A stretch of DNA of 64,000 nt from Candidatus Latescibacterota bacterium. GTDB taxonomy: Bacteria > Latescibacterota > UBA2968. The translations under genes were made by a program, and so were the position numbers. Below, in pieces: positions 9,885 to 20,200 of this stretch (positions are counted from its first letter, which is position 1; the number at the start of each line of letters is the position of its first letter). The notes below the pieces were generated by a model. The model was not told where the DNA came from. It saw only the letters and a program-made list of their open reading frames with translations, and ran no database searches. The stretch spans positions 4,384,001 through 4,448,000 of the forward strand of contig OZ242010.1 in the NCBI GenBank assembly GCA_965204745.1. The letters run 5' to 3'.

Positions 9885-10094
9885 TCATGCACTGATCGCG
9901 ACGGGCAATTTGTTGAGCGTGAGTTTTTTGAGTTCGACCTTCGCGCTGGCGTGATCGATGTCAATGCCGACCAGCTTGCCCTCTGCATCGTAGTCGAGGA
10001 TCACGCCTTCCGATATTTCCCGACTTTCAACGCTGGCTCGCTCAGATAGGTCGATGTACAGGGAATCCGTTTCCGGGTAGTAATTGAGTCTCAT
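9885..10094 (-). CDS. DUF2283 family protein (putative antitoxin)
   Basis: YYPETDSLYIDL...EISEGVILDYDAEGKLVGIDI; ATGA overlap with the upstream gene. Confidence 0.85.
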   Translation of the reverse strand: MRLNYYPETDSLYIDLSERASVESREISEGVILDYDAEGKLVGIDIDHASAKVELKKLTLNKLPVAISA

Positions 10095-11020
10095 GGCCTA
10101 AAACCTAGATACCAGGGATCAATTGACATCTTCGCAGGCTCGTCAAATGGTACAGGAAATAAATGCTCATAAAAAAAACGTCCAAGCATTAGTCCCGAAC
10201 AAATTATTTTTGTCGGATACTCGTCTTTAGATGTTTCTGGCGAATATCTATAGTACATACTGTCTTTGACCTGTTCTAACGCTGTCTGAAACCAATTTTT
10301 TTCAATTTTTGCTGGATCATGGCTATTCAAAATTGCCGTGTAATTGCTTTTCTCTATTCTATTGGCTATCCGCTCCCAATCTTGAATTTGTTGTTGCCTA
10401 TTTTTGTTTTTCAGTTCTTCTATATCTTTCTCAACTTGTGTTCTGAACTTGGAATACTCCTCGGCAAATATCTTGGATTCTGCTTCTATAGCAGCTTGAA
10501 GTTTTGGAGGCAACGACTGGTATATCTTTCTGAGATCATGCCCCGCATCAAATAAGAACTTTTCATTTTGCCGATATTCTGCATGTGTCTTGATCGCCTT
10601 TAAGCACAGTTCTATTGCTTGGGATATATTCGTCATCACAACTCTCTCGCGGTCTAATGTATTCTCCTGTGCAAATTTCCAGAGCTTCTCCATTTGCATG
10701 GAGTTGTGAAAAAAATAAAGTTGAAGGCGCGAGGAATGTGGTTTTTCATTATTTAGCAATATTGGTGCTACCATCCTTCTGTACTTTTGCCATATCGTGT
10801 CCAAGTGATACTCGTCTGCGAGTTTTCCTATCACGTAATAGACGTTACCTCGCTTCCAGAAATTATGATACTCAGCAGCTCGTGGCCCCGTAAACAGTTC
10901 GGGCTCAAACAGTTCATATTGCTTATTTTTTTTACTTACAACTTTGAAAGAATATGGCAACCTTTTCCGAAGGTCCTCGATCCAGTTATTCTCTTGTTGG
11001 AGGGCAAAATAATCTGACAT
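10091..11020 (-). CDS. AT-rich protein with HEPN-like C-terminal domain
   Basis: RBS GAAAGGGG before ATG 11020; SQAIELCLKA, GHDLRKIYQSL and YRY resemble HEPN motifs. Confidence 0.6.
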   Translation of the reverse strand: MSDYFALQQENNWIEDLRKRLPYSFKVVSKKNKQYELFEPELFTGPRAAEYHNFWKRGNVYYVIGKLADEYHLDTIWQKYRRMVAPILLNNEKPHSSRLQLYFFHNSMQMEKLWKFAQENTLDRERVVMTNISQAIELCLKAIKTHAEYRQNEKFLFDAGHDLRKIYQSLPPKLQAAIEAESKIFAEEYSKFRTQVEKDIEELKNKNRQQQIQDWERIANRIEKSNYTAILNSHDPAKIEKNWFQTALEQVKDSMYYRYSPETSKDEYPTKIICSGLMLGRFFYEHLFPVPFDEPAKMSIDPWYLGFRP

Positions 11021-11039
11021 AACTAAACCCCTTTCGTTT

Positions 11040-11138
11040 TTAGTGGATGCGCTCGTCGCGGTCTTCGCTTGTAATTTCGGCGTGGTCCTCGGCAATTGCT
11101 TGGTCAAAGTAAGTCTCGTTTAGTGTTGTTGTTGCCAT
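11040..11138 (-). pseudogene. 32-codon ORF with a good RBS; possible truncated gene start
   Basis: GAGGATTAAAC-ATG; MATTTLNETYFDQAIAEDHAEITSEDRDERIH*; ends where the AT-rich segment begins. Confidence 0.35.
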
Positions 11139-11177
11139 GTTTAATCCTCATAGAATCGCGTTGAAAGCCCCAATGCT

Positions 11178-12212
11178 TTAGAGCATGTGATCGACGCCGA
11201 GTTTGATGCCGGTTTCGGGGTGTGCGTTCATTTGCATGTAGGCTTCGGCGACGTGGGTGAATGGCACGATGGGATCGATCAGGCCCTCGGCGGTTAGGCG
11301 GCCTTCCACGAGCAGGTCAAAGGCTTCTTTGTTGCCGCGTGCTTTGTTCCAGCCGTAATCCAGCCAGGGTTCGCTGTCGGAGCGCACGGAAATGATGCTG
11401 ATCCGATTGCGATGCCATTCGCCGGTCAAATGCAGGTTTTGCATGGGCGCGTTGTAATAGGCGGTGGAGACCACCGTGCCCTGATAGCGCGTTGCGCGCA
11501 GCGCGTCTGTCATCGCGGCGGAAGACCCGCTGGTTTCCATAGCGACATCCACGCCGAGTTTTTCAGTGGCCCGTTTGATCGCCATGCCCACATCGGCCTC
11601 GCGTGGGTCCAACGCGATATCCGCGCCGTACGCCTCGGCAATCAGGCATCGCTTTTCAATGGGGTCGATAGCGGCAACCCAGCGCGCGCCTGCGACGCGG
11701 GCGAGTTGCACGGTCATCAACCCAATCGCGCCCAGGCCAAAAACCGCGACGCGATCCCCAATGCGAATGTGGGCATCGCGCACCCCACACAGAGCAACGC
11801 CCGTGGGATCGGTCGCCATCAGGCTTTGCCACGAAACGCCATCCGGCGCGCACTCAATGCGGGCAACGGAAAGGGTATGGGTCTCTCGCACAGAGGCATG
11901 ACCAAAAATGCGATCCCCCACGCGAACTGTTGACACCTCCGCTCCCACTTCCATCACCTCGGCCACAAACATATTGCCCAACCGCTTTGGAAACGCGGCT
12001 TTCTGCTTTTGCCCGCGCAAATGCAGGCGCCATTCCCAACTAAACACATCGGACGCGTCGAGCGTATTGGCTTGAAACCCCCGAAACTCCGTGCCGTGTT
12101 TCACCGCGGAAAACAGCGTTCTCGCACGCACTTGCTCGCGCTTGAGGGGTTCTTCATCGTATTCGCGCAGGGTCGCGTGACCCGGGCGGTCTGCAATGAG
12201 TTCGCGTGGCAT
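11178..12212 (-). CDS. MDR-superfamily (zinc-binding type) alcohol/sugar dehydrogenase
   Basis: SAVKHGTE, VAVFGLGAIG Rossmann motif, GVDVAMETSG; AAGGAG RBS. Confidence 0.85.
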   Translation of the reverse strand: MPRELIADRPGHATLREYDEEPLKREQVRARTLFSAVKHGTEFRGFQANTLDASDVFSWEWRLHLRGQKQKAAFPKRLGNMFVAEVMEVGAEVSTVRVGDRIFGHASVRETHTLSVARIECAPDGVSWQSLMATDPTGVALCGVRDAHIRIGDRVAVFGLGAIGLMTVQLARVAGARWVAAIDPIEKRCLIAEAYGADIALDPREADVGMAIKRATEKLGVDVAMETSGSSAAMTDALRATRYQGTVVSTAYYNAPMQNLHLTGEWHRNRISIISVRSDSEPWLDYGWNKARGNKEAFDLLVEGRLTAEGLIDPIVPFTHVAEAYMQMNAHPETGIKLGVDHML

Positions 12213-12379
12213 AAGTTCTCCTTTTTAAGTGCAGAGTTACAGGACGCGACAAATAGCGTGCAAAAAAATAAAAAAAGAAAAGTGGCGTGGCAAGCAGAAT
12301 AGGCGGAATTTGGCACTTGTGTTGGGATGAGAAATTCGTTTATTGAAAGCCACGCACCGGGAAATGATGGGGAGGCGAG

Positions 12380-13585
12380 ATGTCCAAAAATACCGAAGCC
12401 CTGTTGAAGCGTTATGGCGAGGTGCTCGTGCGCGGGTACATGCCCCACAAGAACATTTTTGGCATGGCGGGCCTGGGCTATCCCGCGTTTGTCCAACGCG
12501 CTGCGGGGGCGCGGTTTTGGGATGTGGATGGCAAGGCGTACTTGGATTACATCTTGGGATTTGGCCCCATTGTCTTGGGCTATGACGACCCGGCCGTGTG
12601 TCGGGCGATTGCGGAACAGATGGCACGCGGCGCGGTGTACGGTTTGGCGCATCCCAAAGAGTTGGAGGTCGCAGACTTGCTCATCGAAGTGATTCCCCAT
12701 GCCGAGATGGTGGGGTTTTTCCTCGGCGGCAGCGCGGCGACTTCTGCGGCTGTGCGCCTGTCCCGTGCCCATACCGGGCGCGACAAAGTGATCAGGTGCG
12801 GGTATCACGGTTGGCACGACTGGGCGCGGCCCGGGGACGTAGGCGTTCCGCAAACCGTCAGCGCGTTGACCCTCACTGTGCCCTACGGGGACTTGGATGC
12901 CCTCGAAAATTGCTTGAAACGGCATGGCGATCAGGTGGCCTGTGTGGTGATGGAGACGATTCAAGCGGACGGCCCGCCGGATGGATTTTTGCAGGGATGC
13001 GTGGATGTGACACGCACGCACGGCGCGGTCTGCGTATTTGACGAAACAAAGGTGGGATTTCGCATGGCGATGGGCGGCGCGGGCGACTACTACGGGGTGA
13101 TACCCGATATTGCGACTTATGGCAAGGCGTGTTGCAATGGGTATGCCGGGAGTTTTATCGCTGGCAAGCGCGACATTTTGGGGTCAAAAGCGTGCCGTGC
13201 CGCGTGGATGACCGCAACCGCACACGCGGACCCGCTCAGTTTGACGGCCATCTCGGTCGTGGTGCGCGAACTCCAGCAGCGCGGCGGCATTGCGTATCAA
13301 TGGAAAATCGGCAACAGACTCATGGAAGGAGTCAACGCGGCGTGCAAGGCGGCCGGGCTGAGTTATCGCCTCATCGGCGTTGGCCCGATGCCGCGTCCCG
13401 CAATCGCAGATGACGACCGCTCGCGCTGTCTCGACATGCTGCGCGGATGCCTCGCCCGCGGCCATTACTTGCATCCGTCCCATCCGATGTTCCTCTCGCT
13501 CGCCCACACAGAGGCAGATATCGAAGCCACTATCGCGGCGGTGGCAGAGGCCGTGGAGAGCATAGGTGAAAAGCGGGAGAGGTAA
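12380..13585 (+). CDS. Class III PLP aminotransferase (glutamate-1-semialdehyde aminomutase-like)
   Basis: WDVDGKAYLDY, GYHGWHD, FDETKVGFR, PDIATYGKA (PLP lysine). Confidence 0.88.
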   Translation: MSKNTEALLKRYGEVLVRGYMPHKNIFGMAGLGYPAFVQRAAGARFWDVDGKAYLDYILGFGPIVLGYDDPAVCRAIAEQMARGAVYGLAHPKELEVADLLIEVIPHAEMVGFFLGGSAATSAAVRLSRAHTGRDKVIRCGYHGWHDWARPGDVGVPQTVSALTLTVPYGDLDALENCLKRHGDQVACVVMETIQADGPPDGFLQGCVDVTRTHGAVCVFDETKVGFRMAMGGAGDYYGVIPDIATYGKACCNGYAGSFIAGKRDILGSKACRAAWMTATAHADPLSLTAISVVVRELQQRGGIAYQWKIGNRLMEGVNAACKAAGLSYRLIGVGPMPRPAIADDDRSRCLDMLRGCLARGHYLHPSHPMFLSLAHTEADIEATIAAVAEAVESIGEKRER

Positions 13586-13767
13586 GAGGCAAGAGGCAAG
13601 AGGCAAGAGGCAAGAGGCAAGAGGCAAGAGGTAAGAGGCAAGATACAAGACATGAGATGGGAGAGGGATTTTAGCCACGAGCGGGGTACAACTGGCGATA
13701 GCCTGTTCAAAGGCACAAAAACACAAAAGACGATCTGTATGTAGGGGCGATGCCCCCATGCCCGCCC
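13584..13767. repeat. About 10 AAGAGGC heptamers, family-A unit (13671-13716) and GTAGGGGCG REP-like palindrome (13741-13767)
   Basis: Visible directly; same units as at 4000-4261. Confidence 0.9.
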
Positions 13768-13783
13768 AAAGAGAGGAGCAACC

Positions 13784-14755
13784 ATGAATCAACTCATCCA
13801 TCAAGACGGTCGCGCCATGCCCCTCGCGTCTGTGGCAGTGTGGGAGGAAAAGCGCGAGCGCGTTCTCGAGGCCGCGCAAGAAATTATGGGGCCTTTTCCG
13901 GGCGACGAGAAGCGGTGTCCGCTCGCTGTGGAAGTGGCCGAGGAAGTCGATTGCGGGAGCTATGTGCGGCGGTTGATCGCGTATGCGTCTGAACCCGGCA
14001 ACCGGGCGCGGGCGTATTTGCTCATCCCAAAACGCGCTTTGGATGGGCAGGCGTGTTCGGCTGTCCTGTGTTTGCATCCCACGCACGCGGTGTTGGGATC
14101 TAAAACGGTGGTGGGATTGGGCGACCGTCCGAATCGCAACTATGCCAGCGAATTGGCAGCGCGCGGTTTTGTCACCCTCGCGCCATCCTATCCGATGCTG
14201 GCAGACTATTGGCCCGATGTGTTTGGGTTGGGGTACGAAAGCGGCACGATGAAGGCGATTTGGGATAATGTGCGCGCGATTGATCTGCTGGAAACCCTAC
14301 CTTATGTCAAGCGCGGCCCCGTCGGCGCGATAGGGCATTCGCTGGGCGGGCACAATGCGGTTTATACCGCTGTTTTCGAGCCGCGCATCGGCGTTGTGGT
14401 GTCGAGTTGCGGGTTGGATTCATACCTGGATTACAAAGACGGCGATCTCGCGGGCTGGACGCAGGATCGGTATATGCCCAAGTTGCGGGCGTACGCCCAC
14501 CGGCTGTGGGAGATTCCCTTTGATTTTCACGACTTGATCGCGGCCTTGGCCCCGCGGCCGTGTTTTCTTGCCGCGCCCTTGCGCGATAGCAATTTTAAGT
14601 GGCAAAGCGTGGATGCCGTTGCCTGTGCCGCGGCCCGCGTGTACGCGCTTTATGGCGCCTCGGAAAATCTGATGGTGGCACACCCCGATTGCGAACACGA
14701 TTTTCCCAATGCGATGCGCGAACAGGCGTATTGCTCGGTTGAAAAACACCTTTGA
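13784..14755 (+). CDS. Alpha/beta hydrolase (dienelactone hydrolase/acetyl-xylan esterase-like)
   Basis: GHSLGG nucleophile elbow, ELAARGFVTLAP, LAPRP, HDFP; GAGGAG RBS. Confidence 0.85.
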   Translation: MNQLIHQDGRAMPLASVAVWEEKRERVLEAAQEIMGPFPGDEKRCPLAVEVAEEVDCGSYVRRLIAYASEPGNRARAYLLIPKRALDGQACSAVLCLHPTHAVLGSKTVVGLGDRPNRNYASELAARGFVTLAPSYPMLADYWPDVFGLGYESGTMKAIWDNVRAIDLLETLPYVKRGPVGAIGHSLGGHNAVYTAVFEPRIGVVVSSCGLDSYLDYKDGDLAGWTQDRYMPKLRAYAHRLWEIPFDFHDLIAALAPRPCFLAAPLRDSNFKWQSVDAVACAAARVYALYGASENLMVAHPDCEHDFPNAMREQAYCSVEKHL

Positions 14756-14774
14756 GTCATCGATAGGAGACCCC

Positions 14775-16046
14775 ATGCAAAGCAAAGTCGCCGTTCTCCG
14801 CACTGCGCCGCGGACGGTTTTTGAAGATTATTATCGCCTGCTCAATCTGGCGGATTATCGACAGGTGATTGCCAAAGATGTGGAAACCGCGCTCAAGATC
14901 AACATCTCTTGGCACTTCTTCTACCCCGGCAGTTCCACGACGCCGTGGCAACTCGACGGGGTTATCCGCGCCATGAAACGGGATGGCTACAATCGAGACC
15001 TGATGCACGCCTGCCACAACCGCACCGTGGTCATTGACGCGCATTTGGGCGAGCGGGAAAACAAACACCTGCCGGTTGTCGAAGCGCACGGCTTAAAAAA
15101 CATCCATCTCTACGAGGGCGAAGACTGGATCAATGTGCGCGATGCCGTGGGCGATTTGACCGAAAAATTTCTCTGTCTCAACGAGGTCTATCCCAAGGGC
15201 TTTCAGATTCCCAAACGCTTTCTCGGGGAAAACATCATCCATTTTCCCACGGTAAAAACCCACGTTTTTACCACCACCACAGGCGCGATGAAAAACGCCT
15301 TTGGCGGCTTGCTCAACGAGCGGCGGCACTGGACGCATCCCGTCATTCACGAGACCCTGGTCGATTTGCTGATGATCCAACAAAAAATCCACCGCGGCGT
15401 CTTTGCCGTGATGGATGGCACGTTTGCAGGCGACGGGCCGGGGCCGCGCTGTATGATTCCGCACGCGAAAAACGTCATCCTCGCCAGCGCGGATCAGGTC
15501 GCGATAGACGCGGTCGCGGCCAAAATGATGGGCTTTGATCCGCTGTCGATCAAATACATCCGCCTCGCGCACGACCTCGGCCTCGGTTGCGGGGACCCCG
15601 CGCAAATCGAAATTGCGGGCGACGCAGACGCCGCAGAAGAAAATTGGCACTTTGTCGGGCCGTACAACAAAATGACCTTTGCCTCAAAAATGCAGCACAA
15701 GATCTATTGGGGCCCCCTCAACAAGCCCATCGAATGGTCGCTCAAAACCGTCCTCGCGCCGTGGGCCTATCTGGCTTCGGTGCTCTACCACGACAGTTTT
15801 TGGTATCCCTTTCGCGCCAAGGCCAAAATGCGGGATGTGCTCAACAGCGATTGGGGCCGCCTTTTCCGCAACTGGGAACACCTCACCCCAGACGCGCAGG
15901 GCTTTCCCCATGTGGGCGATACCGCGTCCGAACTCAAAAAAACGGGCCTGCGCGCTTTTTGGGATTCACTCGGCATCTTGGGCACTTGCATCACCGAAGC
16001 CCCCGAGTTCCTCCGCGCGCGCAGAAAAGCCGCGCATCGCGGCTAA
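14775..16046 (+). CDS. DUF362 domain protein
   Basis: AGGAG RBS before ATG 14775; LKIN, STTPWQL, PTVKTH, TGAMKNAFG, SADQVAIDAVAA. Confidence 0.8.
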   Translation: MQSKVAVLRTAPRTVFEDYYRLLNLADYRQVIAKDVETALKINISWHFFYPGSSTTPWQLDGVIRAMKRDGYNRDLMHACHNRTVVIDAHLGERENKHLPVVEAHGLKNIHLYEGEDWINVRDAVGDLTEKFLCLNEVYPKGFQIPKRFLGENIIHFPTVKTHVFTTTTGAMKNAFGGLLNERRHWTHPVIHETLVDLLMIQQKIHRGVFAVMDGTFAGDGPGPRCMIPHAKNVILASADQVAIDAVAAKMMGFDPLSIKYIRLAHDLGLGCGDPAQIEIAGDADAAEENWHFVGPYNKMTFASKMQHKIYWGPLNKPIEWSLKTVLAPWAYLASVLYHDSFWYPFRAKAKMRDVLNSDWGRLFRNWEHLTPDAQGFPHVGDTASELKKTGLRAFWDSLGILGTCITEAPEFLRARRKAAHRG

Positions 16047-16069
16047 AGAGAACAGAGGCGCGCAAACAC

Positions 16070-16104
16070 AATAGGCGGATGATCGCGAGGATCATCCGCC
16101 TATT
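16070..16104. terminator. Perfect 15-bp hairpin between convergent genes
   Basis: AATAGGCGGATGATC-gcgag-GATCATCCGCCTATT. Confidence 0.75.
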
Positions 16105-16124
16105 CTATTTCGCACGGGGAACGG

Positions 16125-17036
16125 TCACATGACGAGGCTTTGGCGCGCCAAGTGCCAGTCTTCGATGTGGTTGAGCACGACCGCAGAGCGCAGGTCGTTG
16201 ACGAGGTTGCCGTGGATACTCTGCGATTCCCGTCCCAGAGTGGCGCGAATCTTTGTGCGTTTGGCGTCGTTGTGGATGCGGTTGCACAAGTAGTCATTCC
16301 ATTCCGCAACGGCCTGCGCCGGGATTTGCCCGCCGCATTGTTCGCGCACCCAGGCTTCAAAATCGAGATAGGACGGCATCTCCTTGAAGATGTAAGCTAT
16401 TGTGGCGTCGATGTCGAGGTTCAAAGCGCGAAGCACGCGCGGGTCCAAGCCATTGTCCGTCATGTGGGGGTAGTCCGGATGCAGTATGCCCTTTGCCTTG
16501 AGGATGATTTTGTACCAGGTGCGGGGCAGTTGGCGCACGCCCAAGGGGCCAAAGTCGATGGTGGCGACGAGCGGCACGACCGATCCGGCGAGTGCGGGAA
16601 GGTCGCGCTTGTAAAACAACTGCCAGTCCTGAAGGCTGTTGAGCACGGTTGCAGACGTGATGCCCGCATCTTGTGGCAGGCCCGTATCCGCGTAAGTTTC
16701 CTCTATTTTTGCCTCGCGGTGGCGGCGCGCACGGACGGACGCATTCCAGCGCACGATGGCGTCTCGTTGGTCAAAGCCCCAAAACGCATCGCCCTTTTGA
16801 TCGAGAATCCACGCTTCAAAATCCAAGTATGACGGCATCTCGCCGCGCAAATAGGCGAATGTGGCCTCGCGGTCCAAGCCGAGCACCTCGAAAACTCGGC
16901 GGTCGAGGCCATCGCTGAAGTCGGGATAGGCGGCGTCCAAAACGCCTGCCGTGCGCGTGAGCACCTTCCACCATGTGCGGGGCAGTTGACACGCGCCGAG
17001 CGGGCCGTAAGCGAGGCTACTGATCAAGGGGATCAT
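16125..17036 (-). CDS. Protein of two tandem DUF5069-like domains
   Basis: AAGGAG RBS before ATG 17036; GPLGxxQLPRTWxK...GLD...EMPSYLDFEAW occurs twice. Confidence 0.7.
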   Translation of the reverse strand: MIPLISSLAYGPLGACQLPRTWWKVLTRTAGVLDAAYPDFSDGLDRRVFEVLGLDREATFAYLRGEMPSYLDFEAWILDQKGDAFWGFDQRDAIVRWNASVRARRHREAKIEETYADTGLPQDAGITSATVLNSLQDWQLFYKRDLPALAGSVVPLVATIDFGPLGVRQLPRTWYKIILKAKGILHPDYPHMTDNGLDPRVLRALNLDIDATIAYIFKEMPSYLDFEAWVREQCGGQIPAQAVAEWNDYLCNRIHNDAKRTKIRATLGRESQSIHGNLVNDLRSAVVLNHIEDWHLARQSLVM

Positions 17037-17204
17037 GGATATGCTCCTTTTGGTTTTTTGGTGATATGCGACATTGTTGCGACTCCGCAAATACACGCGC
17101 AGGTGCGAGCACAGGGAGTCGGATGTTGGGAAAGACGGGATCCCTGTGCCTGTCCCCGCATCCAATCTCGCCATCTTCATCTGTGGCGGTCAAGGAACAG
17201 GCTT

Positions 17205-20200
17205 TCATTGGAAGTGGGAGTCGGGATAGAGGCTTCGGATGAAGGGTTCAATTTGTTGAGCGGTCGTGCGCGTAGCCTGTTGCTCGATGACGTTCCCTCT
17301 GAGGAGGGCCTCGTTCCGGAAGAAGAGGACGTATCGAATGATCAGGATTATATCCGAGAACAGCCTCACATCGCCATCGCCATCCACATCGAGAATGTTC
17401 TGATTGACCAATATGTCGAGGTAGGGTTCAATTTCTTGAGCAGTCGTACGCGTAGCCTGTTGCTCGATGACGTTCCCTCTGAGGAGGGCCTCTTCCCGGA
17501 AGAAGAGGACGTATCGAATGACCAGGATTATATCCGAGAACAGTCTCACCCGGCCATCGCCATCCACATCCAAGTTGGCACTCGGGGTTTCGTCATCGGT
17601 AATGGTCAGGGTCACGTCCGAGGGATCGTTGATGCCTTGGGTGTTGTTTGCGGTTGCAGACACCGTGACCGTCTTCTCGTCTGCCCGGGCGTCGTTGTCC
17701 ACGGCGGTGATCGTCACGGTGCCCGTGCTCGTCGTCTCACTCGCCGCGATGATCAGCGTGTCTGCACTCGATAGCGTGAAGTCGCTCGCAGTTGCAGGCG
17801 ACACAGCCTCCGCTGAAACAGTGATCGTCGTAACCGCGCTCGATGGATGCGATAGGGTCGCGCTCACCGTTGAAACCCCGCCGTTTTCCGAGATGGACGA
17901 GGGCATCAGCACCAACGTCACGGTCGGCGCGACCTCATCGTCTGTGATCGTCAATGTCACGACAGACGATAGCGACGCCATATTGCCACCCGCCACCGTC
18001 GCAGACACGGTCACGCGCTTGTCCGGCGCATCGGTCGTATCGTTCACTGCGGTGATCGTCACGCTGCCCGTGCTCGTCGTCACATTCGCCGCGATAGTCA
18101 GCGTGGTCGCACCCGATAGCGTGAAGTCACTCGCCTCCGCAGGCGACACAGCCTCCGCTGAAACAGTGATCGTCGTCGCCTCGGTCACGGTGCGATCCAG
18201 CGTCGCTGTGATCGTCGAAACCGCACCATTTTCAGAAATCGACGCCGGAGACAAAACCAACGTCACCTGCGGCACTTCGTCATCGATAATCGTCAGCGTC
18301 GCATCAGTGACCGATCCCGCGCCCACGCTGTTGCCCACCGTGCTCGACACGGTCACCGTCTTGTTCCCCGAAGTCACGGCGTTATCCACCGTCGTGATCG
18401 TCACGGTGCCCGTGCTCGTCGTTTGCCCCGCCGCAACGAGCAGCGTGTCCGCCGTGCTCAGCGTGTAATCGCCTGCAACAGCAGGTTGCACAGGCGTCAC
18501 GGAAACCGTGATCGTCGTCGCCGCGCTCGACGGGTGAGACAGGGTCGCCGTCACGGTCGAAATCGCGCCGTTCTCCAAAATCGACGCAGGTGCCACCGCC
18601 ATCGTCACTGTCGGCGCAGGGTCGTCGTCCGTGATCGTCAAAGTCGCACTGGTCACGCCCACGCCTTGGTCGTTGCTCATTACACCGGACACGGTCACAC
18701 GCTTGTCCGGCGCATCGGTTGTATCGTTCACCGCTGTGATCGTCACGATGCCCGTGCTCGTCGTCACACTCGCCGCGATAGTCAGCGTGTTCGCGCTCGA
18801 TAGCGTGAAGTCGCCTGCCACCGCGTCCGCGACCGTGATCGTCACCGCCGCGTTCAACGCTTTATTCAATGTTGCTGTCACAGTCGTCTGATTGGTTGGG
18901 CCACTCTCGTTGATCGTCGAGGGCGTGAGCACCAATTTCACCGCAGTCTGTGCGGCAAATTGCGCGGTGGTGTCCATACCGGAATACTTCAAGACCGGAT
19001 ACTGACTCGACGTGCCAAAGGTCCACGGATCGTCGTCGCCCGGTTGCCCGTCCAGGTTCTGGTTCCAATTCATGTAGATGTCGGTGTAGCCGGTGGGGGT
19101 TTGCAATACGCTGGTGGTCTTGCCCTCCGGCGCGGCATCGCCGGCGTCGTCGGCAATGCCGGTGCTTGCGGTGTTCCAATAGCTGTCGGTCACAATGGCG
19201 GCGGCAGATTTCGCCACAATAAACCCGGTGTTTGTGGTGGCGTCGCCGGTGGCTGTGACGTTGCCGATGGCGTAGGTGGCGTTTATTGAACTTACGTTTG
19301 TGCTGTTGCTGGCGAATGCGCCTATCAGTGCGCCTGCATACGCTCTGCTACTTGTGCCGGTGGCGGAGGAAGATACGTTACCTATGGCGTAGGCTGAGTT
19401 AATCGCGCTGGCTGCGCTGGCCGGGGTGGAAGTGGCAGCTATGAAGCCCACCAGTCCGCCGGTGTAACTTATGGAATTTGCGCCGGTGGAGGAGCCAGTA
19501 ACGGTGCCGGTGGCGTAGCCGCCATTTAGCGTCGCGCTTAGCATGTACCCCAGCAACCCGCCACCCATGACCCTGTTGCTATTGGGGCCGGATCCCGTGA
19601 CATTGCCGGTGGCATAGCTCGAGGTGACCGTGCCATTTCTTATTAGTTCTCCCACCAGTCCACCGAAGTAAATTCTGTAGTCGGCGGTGCCGACGACGTT
19701 GCCGGTGGCGTGGCTTGAGGTAATGCCTGCCTCTGCTCGCCCTACCAAGCCGCCAATTCTCAAGGATATTTCATCAGAACCGGTGGTGGCATTGACATTG
19801 CCGGTGGCGCGGCTTGAATTTATCCCACTTTGGGATCTTCCCACCAGACCGCCAACCATCGCCTGGGCATCGTCGGCGGTAACGGTGACGGTGCCGGTGG
19901 CGTAGCTTGAGGTAACGGTGCCCTTGTTCCGCCCCATCAAGCCGCCGATCTGTACAGTATTAGATTGCGGTGGTGAACCAACATAGGAGTCGGCGAGATT
20001 AACGCTGACGTCGCCGGTGGCGTAGCTTGAGGTAACGGTGGCACTTTGCCCCATCAAGCCGCCGACAGATATGTCTGCCCTTGCATGCGGAGCAGTGCCG
20101 GGGACTGTGGAATGAACGGATACGGTCACGCTGGCGTAGCTTGAGGTAACGGAGTCGACGGCGCCGACTAAGTCCGCCCCGATTAGACCGCCGGTGTAGT

